53,963 bases of DNA from Candidatus Falkowbacteria bacterium (GTDB taxonomy: Bacteria; Patescibacteriota; Patescibacteriia; Patescibacteriales; GWE2-39-37), in NCBI GenBank assembly GCA_037137775.1, contig JBAXJQ010000005.1, positions 1 through 53,963 on the forward strand, in the 5' to 3' direction. Below, one piece after another: positions 27,515 through 36,128 of the stretch. The notes under the pieces were generated by a model. The model had not been told where the DNA came from. It was given only the letters and a program-made list of their open reading frames with translations, and did no database searches. A program made the translations under genes and the position numbers. Numbering within the stretch: position 1 is the stretch's first letter; each line of letters starts with the position of its first letter.

Positions 27515-28969
27515 TTAAAAGAATAGTGAATATAAGGTGCCAATGCTTGCGCCAGACATAAGCAAGACGATTATCCAGCCAAAAATTTTTGTAAGTGGGC
27601 CATTGGTGTGTTTGCCCATCGCCGATTTGTCACTACTAATTAATACGATTAAGATTAATACAACCGGAGCAACTACACCATTGGCCACAGCAGAATAAAT
27701 TAATGCTTTAATGGGATCAAAGCCGAACAGGTTCATAAGTAAACCCAATAAAACGGAAATGATGATTACGCCATAAAAAGCTCGAGCCTGCTTAAGTTTG
27801 TGGAAGAGGCCTTCGCGCCAATTAAGACTTTCTGATAGGGCGTAAGAAATGGAGCCAGCTAACACGGGTATCGCCAACAAACCAACACCAATAATGCCCA
27901 TGGTAAAAAGTAAGTAGGCATAGTCGCCGGCAAAGGGTCGAAGTGCAGCAGCTGCGTCGGCTGCTGAGTTGATATTACTACCACCAACTTTGTAAAGTGT
28001 AGCAGCACAAGTAGCAATGATAAAAAACATGACCGCGTTAGATAAAAACATGCCTGACCAAATATCAATGCGCATTTTTTTAACTTCGGCATGCGAAGTT
28101 TCTGCTGCTCGTGATTTAATACTGGTTTTACCGTCTAGTATTTGCTCTTCAACCTCTTGAGAGGTTTGCCAAAAAAAGAGATATGGAGAGATAGTAGTGC
28201 CGAGCACACCAGTAACTAAAATTAAGCCTTCTTTACTAAAATTAAAACTAGGCCAAACAGTTGCCCAAAATACTTTTATCCAATCGATTTCAACAAAAAA
28301 AGCCGTAAAAACATAGGCAAATAAAATTAGAGCAAGATATTTAAGATATTGTGCATACCGTTGATAGGTGGTAAAAATTTGTAATGCTAAGGTTAGCATG
28401 GCAAAAAAGATTACCAACATGGCAAATGATATTTTAGGAAAAATGAGTTGTGATGCTTGCGCCATAGCACCAAGGTCGGCACCAATATTAAAAGTGTTGG
28501 CCGCAAATAATAAAAATGTTGAGAGGTAGAGCACCCAGCGTGGGAAATGTTTTTTAATATTAGCCGCTAAGCCTTGACCAGTGACCAGGCCAATGCGCGC
28601 GCACATTTCTTGAGCAACAGCCATGAGTGGAAACGTAAAACTGGCTAGCCAAAGCCATTGAAAACCGAATCGTGCTCCTGCTTGCGAATATGTAGCAACG
28701 CCAGAGCAGTCATCATCGGCAGCACCCGTGGTCAAGCCAGGGCCTAACATGTGCCAATACTCCTCAGTCTTACGAACTACTGACTTTTTAGCTATGGCCG
28801 CTCCGATTTTTTTCGATTCATTAATGGTTTTTTCAAGTAGAATTGCTGGTTCTTCTACAATTTTTTCAAAAACACTTTCGCGATGCTGAATTTTACTTTT
28901 TTTAAATTGCGAGGATGAGTGGCTAGCTGATTTGTTGTTTTGCTTTTTAGATATCGATGATTTAGCCAT
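27515..28969 (-). CDS. NRAMP-family divalent metal transporter (NRMT-like)
   Basis: LGPGLTTGAADDDCSG-ATYSQAGA, QEMCARIG-VTG, GTTISPYLFFWQ. Confidence 0.85.
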   Translation of the reverse strand: MAKSSISKKQNNKSASHSSSQFKKSKIQHRESVFEKIVEEPAILLEKTINESKKIGAAIAKKSVVRKTEEYWHMLGPGLTTGAADDDCSGVATYSQAGARFGFQWLWLASFTFPLMAVAQEMCARIGLVTGQGLAANIKKHFPRWVLYLSTFLLFAANTFNIGADLGAMAQASQLIFPKISFAMLVIFFAMLTLALQIFTTYQRYAQYLKYLALILFAYVFTAFFVEIDWIKVFWATVWPSFNFSKEGLILVTGVLGTTISPYLFFWQTSQEVEEQILDGKTSIKSRAAETSHAEVKKMRIDIWSGMFLSNAVMFFIIATCAATLYKVGGSNINSAADAAAALRPFAGDYAYLLFTMGIIGVGLLAIPVLAGSISYALSESLNWREGLFHKLKQARAFYGVIIISVLLGLLMNLFGFDPIKALIYSAVANGVVAPVVLILIVLISSDKSAMGKHTNGPLTKIFGWIIVLLMSGASIGTLYSLFF

Positions 28970-29100
28970 AGTAAAGTAAATTTATTGCTACCCTTATTAT
29001 AAGTTATTTTAACACAAAATGACAATGTGACGTAATTAAAACATTGTTTACATAGTTTAAAATTACATATAGTATAGATAGAGATGCAATAAATTTAATT

Positions 29101-30204
29101 ATGTCACGGTATATATTGTTTACCATATTTTTTTTCATTGGAATTTTAATTTTTTTGGCCATGCATGGCTTGCTCTTTTATGTGCTGACACATTTGGTGG
29201 CTGTGTCAAAAAAATATAAACAATTTTTAGGAATTGGACTGGCAATTTTAGCGCCTAGTTTTATTGTTACTTCGGTCTTGCTTCATTATTGGGATACGTT
29301 TATTACCCGTTGGGCGTACTTTGTTAGTGGTTGGTGGCTTGGTTTTATGTGGTATTTCATTTTGTTGGCCTTGATTGGCTTGGTCTTGATTTCAATTTTT
29401 CATTGGCAAAATTCATTTATAATTCGGGGAAGTATTTTTGCTTTAGTGGTTATAATTTCTTTTGCTATTACTATTTGGGGTGGTTGGAATGGTCGGAATC
29501 CAATAATTAGACGAATAGTTTTACCGGCTGATTCGTTTAACTCAAGCTGGAAGGGTAAAACTTTGGTGCAAATTAGCGATCTCCATCTTGGCGCAGTGTA
29601 TGGCGTTGACTATTTAAATGAAACAGTAGATAGAATAAATAAATTAAAGCCAGACTATATTGTAATAACTGGCGATTATTTTGATGGCGCTGGAGGTGAT
29701 TTACCGCATCTTAGTTTGCCGCTTAATCGTTTAAATGCACCAACCTATTACATAACCGGCAATCATGAAGTGTATTTAGGGGAAAAATTGACGCATAATT
29801 TAATTGGTCAGACAAAAACCATGTCACTAAAAAATAAGGCAGTAGATTTAGATGGTGTTTTACTTATTGGCATTGATTATCCTGAAAATTCACGCAATAT
29901 TAATTTGCCGGACATGATCAAAACTGTTAATCCAGAAAAAAAACCAGCCATTTTGCTTTATCATGAACCGCGGCAAGTTAGTGCAGTGGCTCAAACTGGA
30001 GTACGGTTAATGCTTTCTGGCCATACCCATAATGGACAGGTTTGGCCGTTTAACATCTTTACCACTTTAATTTATGGGAAATATAGCTTGGGTTTAAATA
30101 AAACCGACTCCATGTATAGCTATACTAGTTCAGGCCTCGGCACCTGGGGGCCCTCATTACGAACATCTTCGCGTTCTGAAATTGTTCAGTTTAAATTTGA
30201 ATAA
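29101..30204 (+). CDS. Membrane-anchored metallophosphoesterase (YkuE/YaeI-like)
   Basis: Four TM, SDLHLG, TGD-FD, GNHE, H-P, LSGHTH-GQ. Confidence 0.9.
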   Translation: MSRYILFTIFFFIGILIFLAMHGLLFYVLTHLVAVSKKYKQFLGIGLAILAPSFIVTSVLLHYWDTFITRWAYFVSGWWLGFMWYFILLALIGLVLISIFHWQNSFIIRGSIFALVVIISFAITIWGGWNGRNPIIRRIVLPADSFNSSWKGKTLVQISDLHLGAVYGVDYLNETVDRINKLKPDYIVITGDYFDGAGGDLPHLSLPLNRLNAPTYYITGNHEVYLGEKLTHNLIGQTKTMSLKNKAVDLDGVLLIGIDYPENSRNINLPDMIKTVNPEKKPAILLYHEPRQVSAVAQTGVRLMLSGHTHNGQVWPFNIFTTLIYGKYSLGLNKTDSMYSYTSSGLGTWGPSLRTSSRSEIVQFKFE

Positions 30205-30249
30205 TCGACTTGAGTAGTCAAGTAAAAATTTAATTGTGCAAAATAACAC

Positions 30250-30274
30250 AACGCCAGTCCGGCGTTTGTTTTTT
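30250..30274 (+). terminator. Intrinsic terminator
   Basis: AACGCC-AGTCC-GGCGTT followed by TGTTTTTT. Confidence 0.6.
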
Positions 30275-30284
30275 ATTATTATGC

Positions 30285-30345
30285 TTGACATTCTATTAGG
30301 ATTTTATAATAATGAGATGATTATATAATTAGATTTTCTAACTAT
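30285..30345 (+). promoter_or_regulatory. marR promoter region with candidate operator
   Basis: TTGACA at 30285; imperfect palindrome ATAATTAGA-TTT-TCTAACTAT at 30325-30345. Confidence 0.5.
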
Positions 30346-30350
30346 TTATT

Positions 30351-30770
30351 ATGACTGATCGCAGTAACGAATTAATTTCTTTAATATTCGCCACAAAAAG
30401 AAGAATGTTAGAGAAATTTCGTCAAGATTCATACAAAATTACCCCCTCGATGCTGCAACTTGAAACACTTCGTTTTGTTCAAGAAAAGCAACAACCACTT
30501 ATGAAGGAGGTGGCAGAATTTTTGTGTATAACCCCGCCTTCCGCTACTTCTTTAATCAATGACTTGGTTGAGGATGGCATGATTTTACGACTAACGAGCG
30601 AAAACGACCGCCGATCTATACGAATTACAATTACTCAAAAAGGTGAAGGAGTGCTCGAAAATGGAATTAAACAAATTAGTCAGAGTATGGCTAAGAACAT
30701 TGCCAAGCTCAATCAAGATGAACAAGAACAGTTAATATTAATTTTAAATAAGTTCAATCAAATAAATTAA
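30351..30770 (+). CDS. MarR family regulator
   Basis: EVAEFL-ITPPSAT-LI-L-G-I-R, DRR-I-IT-KG. Confidence 0.93.
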   Translation: MTDRSNELISLIFATKRRMLEKFRQDSYKITPSMLQLETLRFVQEKQQPLMKEVAEFLCITPPSATSLINDLVEDGMILRLTSENDRRSIRITITQKGEGVLENGIKQISQSMAKNIAKLNQDEQEQLILILNKFNQIN

Positions 30771-30775
30771 AATCT

Positions 30776-32539
30776 ATGAACAATGAGTTACTAAACAGAC
30801 TAAAAAAACAAAAAGGCTTGGTAATAGTTATTGCATTGGTTTTGATTGTTGCAATAGTTGTTGTTGGTCGGCGAGTATTACAAAATAATCAAAAAATTTC
30901 TAACTCAGGGATAGCAACATCGACAATTAAAACGGTTGGTGTAATGCCTCTGTCTGCTGGCTTAGCTGACGACCTACTTTCAACTGAAGGTACGGTGAAG
31001 GCGGCCACTAAAGTAGATGTGGTTGCGCTTGCCAATGGCACGGTTAAAACGGTTGCGTTTAAATCGGGCGATACCGTAGTTGCTAATCAACCTTTGGCCT
31101 ATTTGCACGACGATATTTTATTGACAAACTTAACCAACGCAAGTGTTAATTATGGTAACCAAGAGCAAAACATGGCAAACACAGGCAAGTTGACCGATGA
31201 ATCAGTACGTCAAGCAGAACTTTCGGTTTTGCGAGCGCAAGAGGCAGTCGCGGCGGCAAAGATTGGATTAGTAACGGCTAAGGATAATTATGCTAATGGA
31301 AAAAACATTCAAACTCAAAACAAGGCCGATGCATTAAATAATGCCGTGGTGACATTTAATAGTCATCTTAATACCATTAATAGTTTTTTAGATCAGTCAA
31401 ATTATATTATTAAAGCCGAGGGGTATGATCAGTTGCCTGGGATTGGTTTAACCTTAAGTGTTAAAAATAGTCAGCGTTTAGTTGATGCTAAAAATGATTA
31501 TATTATCGCCCGTGCGCACTATCTCATTCTTGCAGCTAGACAACCAACCCCTGATTCAATAGTCTCAGATTATAAAGAGCTCGGCTTGAATTTAACTGAA
31601 ACTAAACGTTTGGCTGATGATATGGTAGATGTATTAGCTGCTACCATATCACATACACAATTTAATGAGGCTGCCTTGTCCGCACAAAAGAGCACGTTTA
31701 CCGGCCTTCGTAGTGGAATTATTGGAGTTCAGTCTGCCGTACAGGCCACACAACAAGCACTAGAAAACTATAATACAAACACAAAGCAACAGTTGGACGG
31801 TCTAGCCAACTCAGTTCGTGCAGCGGAAAATCAATTAACACAAGCCAATATTGCTTATGATGCGGCTAAGTCAGGCTTGGATACCAGCAAGAGCAGTAAA
31901 AACCAACAGCTGGCCTTAACCAAGGGTTCGGTTGATAATGCCCGTGGGCAATATAATTTATTGGCTACGCAGGCAACCGACTTATTAGTTAAAGCCCCAA
32001 TTGCAGGTCAAATAGGCGCTAAGGCGATAGATATTGGCACCGAAGTTAGAATTGGACAAAAGGTAGCAGAGATTTCTCAAATTGATTCAGTAAAAATTGT
32101 CTTAGGATTAAGTCAGGATGATGCCAAGCGAATTACTTTAGGGCAAGTAGCTACTATAAATCAAAAATTCAAGGGCGTAGTTAATCAAATCGACCCGGCA
32201 GCCGATGCTGTTACAAAAAAAGTTAAAGTTGAAATTATTTTTAATAACAAAAACAAGGAATTAACGCCAGAAACGTTGGTTAAAATTAATTTAATGGTAA
32301 AAAAGCAAAATGGACCAAGTGCTAACTATCAGTTGCCGTTAAACGCAATTTCAATTGGTCAAAATGAATCTTCAATTTTAATTTTAGACGGCGATCGAGC
32401 TAAAAAAAGCGTGATTTCTCTAGTACAGGTAAATGGTGAACAGGCGATTATTACTGGAAACTTTACCAAAGATACGCTGGTTATTATTGATGGGAATAAA
32501 CTTGTCGCTGACGGTGAGTTGGTTAGTGTGAAAAAATAA
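30776..32539 (+). CDS. RND efflux adaptor (MFP) with a very long coiled coil
   Basis: N-terminal TM, lipoyl halves (GTV..V-GD-V; VKAPIAGQI), IDPAAD beta-barrel. Confidence 0.85.
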   Translation: MNNELLNRLKKQKGLVIVIALVLIVAIVVVGRRVLQNNQKISNSGIATSTIKTVGVMPLSAGLADDLLSTEGTVKAATKVDVVALANGTVKTVAFKSGDTVVANQPLAYLHDDILLTNLTNASVNYGNQEQNMANTGKLTDESVRQAELSVLRAQEAVAAAKIGLVTAKDNYANGKNIQTQNKADALNNAVVTFNSHLNTINSFLDQSNYIIKAEGYDQLPGIGLTLSVKNSQRLVDAKNDYIIARAHYLILAARQPTPDSIVSDYKELGLNLTETKRLADDMVDVLAATISHTQFNEAALSAQKSTFTGLRSGIIGVQSAVQATQQALENYNTNTKQQLDGLANSVRAAENQLTQANIAYDAAKSGLDTSKSSKNQQLALTKGSVDNARGQYNLLATQATDLLVKAPIAGQIGAKAIDIGTEVRIGQKVAEISQIDSVKIVLGLSQDDAKRITLGQVATINQKFKGVVNQIDPAADAVTKKVKVEIIFNNKNKELTPETLVKINLMVKKQNGPSANYQLPLNAISIGQNESSILILDGDRAKKSVISLVQVNGEQAIITGNFTKDTLVIIDGNKLVADGELVSVKK

Positions 32540-32543
32540 TTAT

Positions 32544-35500
32544 ATGGAAAATAATCAAACAGAAACCAATCAAACTGGTCCTGCAAAAAATAAATCATCA
32601 GATCATTTATATCTTGAAAAACTAGAGTTTAATCCGGAGCTACGAAAAACGTGGTTGAATTTTTTTGTAACAAATTTTAGAGTTGTGGTTTTGATGATTA
32701 TTCTACTCACCATAATGGGTGTCTATTCATTTCTACAATTACCCCGAGAATCAAATCCAGAAGTTAAAATACCAATTGCTGTGGTTGCAGTTTCTTATCC
32801 CGGCGTAGGACCATCTGATGTTGAAGAGCTGGTTACTAAAAAAATTGAAACCAGTTTATCTAGTTTAAAGGATATAAAAAAAATTACCTCAAATTCTGGT
32901 AATTCTTTATCTGTTTTAACAGTTGAATTTGAAGCGAGTGCCAATTTAACTGATTCGATTAGAGGTTTGCGCGATCAGGTAAATTCAATTAAAAGTAGTT
33001 TACCCGCAGAAACGACCGAGCCGATTGTAAAGGAAATTTCTTTTGACGACACACCGATTTGGAGTGTGGCCATCACCGGACCGTATGATGGCTTTACTAT
33101 GCGCCAATACGCGAATGACATTAAAGATGAATTAGAAAAAATTAATGGTGTTCGCGAAATACGAATTTCAGGCGGAGATGAGCGTGAATTTTTAATTGCT
33201 TATGATCCGGACAAATTGAATTTTTATGGCATGTCTGCCGATCAAGTTAACCAATCTATCAAGGCCTCGAATTTGATTGTACCCGCAGGCGTGTTTGAGG
33301 GTAAAGAATTTACTTATCCGGTTCGTACTGATAATCGTTTTTTTGACGCGGCCAAATTTGCCGCTTTGCCAGTGGGGCACAGTGATGATGGTAGCTTAGT
33401 ATTGTTACGTGATCTAGCAAGAGTAGAAGATCATGCCATAAAACACACGATTTTGTCACGCTTGTCGAGCAATGGGCAACCATCTGGGGATGCAATAACT
33501 ATTCAACTTATAAAAAAAACTGGTGGAAATATTATAAATACGGTAAATCAAGCGAATCAGGTAGTTAATGCCAAAGTAGCTACCTTTAAGCCCGGGGTGA
33601 AAACTGAGGTGATTGTAAATTTAGCAAAACAAATTGAAACCGATTTTCATCAGTTGATTCATGATTTTCTCATTACCTTATTGTTAGTTATTGCAATCTT
33701 ATTTTTAATCGTTGGCCTTAAGGAAGCGTTTGTTGCCGGCTTAGCTGTGCCCTTGGTGTTTTTTATCGCTTTTGGTGTAATGTCGGCCACGGGTATTTCA
33801 CTTAACTTCCTCTCAATTTTTTCACTAATCCTGTCTTTGGGCTTATTGGTGGATGACGCTATTGTGGTTGTGTCGGCAACGAAACAATATTTGAAAACCG
33901 GGAAGTTTACCCCCGAGGAAGCAGTTTTGCTCGTGTTAAATGATTTTAAGGTTGTACTAACCACCACTACGCTTACAACTATTTGGGCATTTTTACCGTT
34001 ATTAATGTCCACTGGCATTATTGGTTCGTTTATCAAATCAATTCCAATCACGGTTTCAGTTACCCTGTTTGCTTCTTTGTTGGTCGCTCTAATGATCAAT
34101 CATCCCTTGGCCGCAGTATTAGAGCGAATTAGATTAACGAAGCGATTTTTTTGGATAGTTTTGTTAGCCCTAATAAGTGTGTTTATTTTGACTGTTAAAT
34201 ACGAACAAAGTTGGATTGGTTATATCATTGCCACTGTAATGTTTGTTGCAGTGGTTGCTATGGTGTGGTGGTATCGGCATGGTGGTAAAAATAATTTAGC
34301 TCGGAATGCAGAATTGGTGGCAGCAGAATGGCGTGATGATGATTTAATTAAACTAAAACTTAAAACGCAAGGCAATGATGAACATGCCACGCTATCTAGT
34401 AAATTAATTCATGGCATAATTCATTTTAACGCCATCTTACCCTGGTATGAACGTTGGCTTCGGCGATTTATTAGTACAGCAAAGCGCCGCCGTCTAACCA
34501 TTGGCTTTGCAATGATTTTATTTGTCAGCGCCATATTATTACCAATTACCGGAGTGGTGCCTACGGAATTTTTTCCAGCCTCCAATCAAGATGTTGTATA
34601 TATTAATTTACGATCCGCTACCGGCTTGAATTTAGCCGAAAATGATAAAATTGTACGACAAGTTGAGGAAAAGCTATACCAGTATCCTGATATCATAAAT
34701 TTTTCAACTATTGTAGGCACAGGTGGAAGTAGTGGAGGTGGTGCTAGTAGCGGTGTTGTTAGTTCAAAAAGTAATTTGGCAAACTTTACCGTAAATCTAA
34801 AACCCAAAAATAATCGAATCACCAAGTCTTATGAATTAGCTGAAAAAATCAGAGGCGACCTGGCCAGTGTTCAGGGGACAACCATAACGGTTGACGCACC
34901 TAGGGGTGGTCCACCCAGTGGTGCTGCTTTTCAGGCTCAAATTAGTGGTGAAGATTTGCAACAACTCGATCAAATAGCTCAAGATCTTCAACCAAAACTT
35001 GCCAGTATTACTGGAGTAACTGATACAGATGTTTCATTAAAAGAGTCACCAGCAGAATATACCTTTAAACTCGATCCAGCTAAATTAGAGCTATATAATT
35101 TAAATGCTGCCTATGTTGGCTCTACGCTACGAATGGCTATTGCTGGCTTAAAAGTTTCCACTGTAATTAAAGGTGGCAAAGAAATTGTGGTGAATGCCGA
35201 ATTTGCAGCTGAAAAAATACCCGATTTATCGGCAATTCAGAATCTGCAGATTGTAAATTTACGTAAACAGCCGGTGTATATTAAAGATGTGGCCACGGTT
35301 GAATTAAAACCATCAGTTGATTCTATCACTCGAATAGACCAAAAAAGGACCGTGACGTTAACGGCCGGAGTCTCAGCTAATACGCGCCCGAATGAGGTGG
35401 TAAGTCAATTCCAATCTAAAGTGACTCAAGAGTACAAGTTGCCTGAAGGGTATGTTATTAGCTATGGTGGTGAAAATGAGCAAAACACTGAATCTGTTTT

Positions 35501-35984
35501 GTCTATTTTACGAGCTATGATTTTAGCTATGCTCTTAATAGTTTCAACCTTAATTATTCAATTCAACTCATTTAAAAAAGCGATAATCGTTTTAGTCACG
35601 ATTCCTTTAGCGTTAATTGGTGTTTTTTATGGTATGGCAGTTGCCGGCGTTGCCTTAAGCTTTCCTGGGTTAATTGGTGTTTTAGCTTTATTCGGTATTG
35701 TGGTTAAAAATGCTATTATTTTAGTTGATAAAATTAATTTGAATCTAAAAAGTGGTATTCCCTTTGAGGAGTCGATTGTTGATGCTGGCAAATCCCGTCT
35801 CGAAGCAATTTTTATTACCTCGATTTGCACTATATTTGGCATTTTACCCATTACTCTCTCAAACGAGACCTGGATGTCGTTGGGTAGCGCGATTATTTTT
35901 GGATTAATGTTGTCATCATTTTTGACCCTGTTTATTGTACCTACTCTGTTTCGTAGTTGGATAAAACCAGATGAACAATATTAA
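32544..35984 (+). CDS. RND (AcrB/AcrD/AcrF family) permease
   Basis: LP-E-P, YPG-P-VE, GLLVDDAIVV, GIVVKNAI-LVD, SRL-I-TS. Confidence 0.95.
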   Translation: MENNQTETNQTGPAKNKSSDHLYLEKLEFNPELRKTWLNFFVTNFRVVVLMIILLTIMGVYSFLQLPRESNPEVKIPIAVVAVSYPGVGPSDVEELVTKKIETSLSSLKDIKKITSNSGNSLSVLTVEFEASANLTDSIRGLRDQVNSIKSSLPAETTEPIVKEISFDDTPIWSVAITGPYDGFTMRQYANDIKDELEKINGVREIRISGGDEREFLIAYDPDKLNFYGMSADQVNQSIKASNLIVPAGVFEGKEFTYPVRTDNRFFDAAKFAALPVGHSDDGSLVLLRDLARVEDHAIKHTILSRLSSNGQPSGDAITIQLIKKTGGNIINTVNQANQVVNAKVATFKPGVKTEVIVNLAKQIETDFHQLIHDFLITLLLVIAILFLIVGLKEAFVAGLAVPLVFFIAFGVMSATGISLNFLSIFSLILSLGLLVDDAIVVVSATKQYLKTGKFTPEEAVLLVLNDFKVVLTTTTLTTIWAFLPLLMSTGIIGSFIKSIPITVSVTLFASLLVALMINHPLAAVLERIRLTKRFFWIVLLALISVFILTVKYEQSWIGYIIATVMFVAVVAMVWWYRHGGKNNLARNAELVAAEWRDDDLIKLKLKTQGNDEHATLSSKLIHGIIHFNAILPWYERWLRRFISTAKRRRLTIGFAMILFVSAILLPITGVVPTEFFPASNQDVVYINLRSATGLNLAENDKIVRQVEEKLYQYPDIINFSTIVGTGGSSGGGASSGVVSSKSNLANFTVNLKPKNNRITKSYELAEKIRGDLASVQGTTITVDAPRGGPPSGAAFQAQISGEDLQQLDQIAQDLQPKLASITGVTDTDVSLKESPAEYTFKLDPAKLELYNLNAAYVGSTLRMAIAGLKVSTVIKGGKEIVVNAEFAAEKIPDLSAIQNLQIVNLRKQPVYIKDVATVELKPSVDSITRIDQKRTVTLTAGVSANTRPNEVVSQFQSKVTQEYKLPEGYVISYGGENEQNTESVLSILRAMILAMLLIVSTLIIQFNSFKKAIIVLVTIPLALIGVFYGMAVAGVALSFPGLIGVLALFGIVVKNAIILVDKINLNLKSGIPFEESIVDAGKSRLEAIFITSICTIFGILPITLSNETWMSLGSAIIFGLMLSSFLTLFIVPTLFRSWIKPDEQY

Positions 35985-36034
35985 AAAAAGGAATATTTTT
36001 TAGTTTGTAATATAGCCAAATGGTTATGTAATGA

Positions 36035-36059
36035 GGCGCCGATCTAATAGGTCGGCGCC
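36035..36059 (+). terminator. GC-rich hairpin after the RND operon
   Basis: GGCGCCGATCT-AAT-AGGTCGGCGCC followed by ATGTTTT. Confidence 0.65.
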
Positions 36060-36128
36060 ATGTTTTATTGGTAAATATATTAAAAAACAAGTAAAATAAA
36101 GAAATATCTTAATAACCCGATCTATTTT

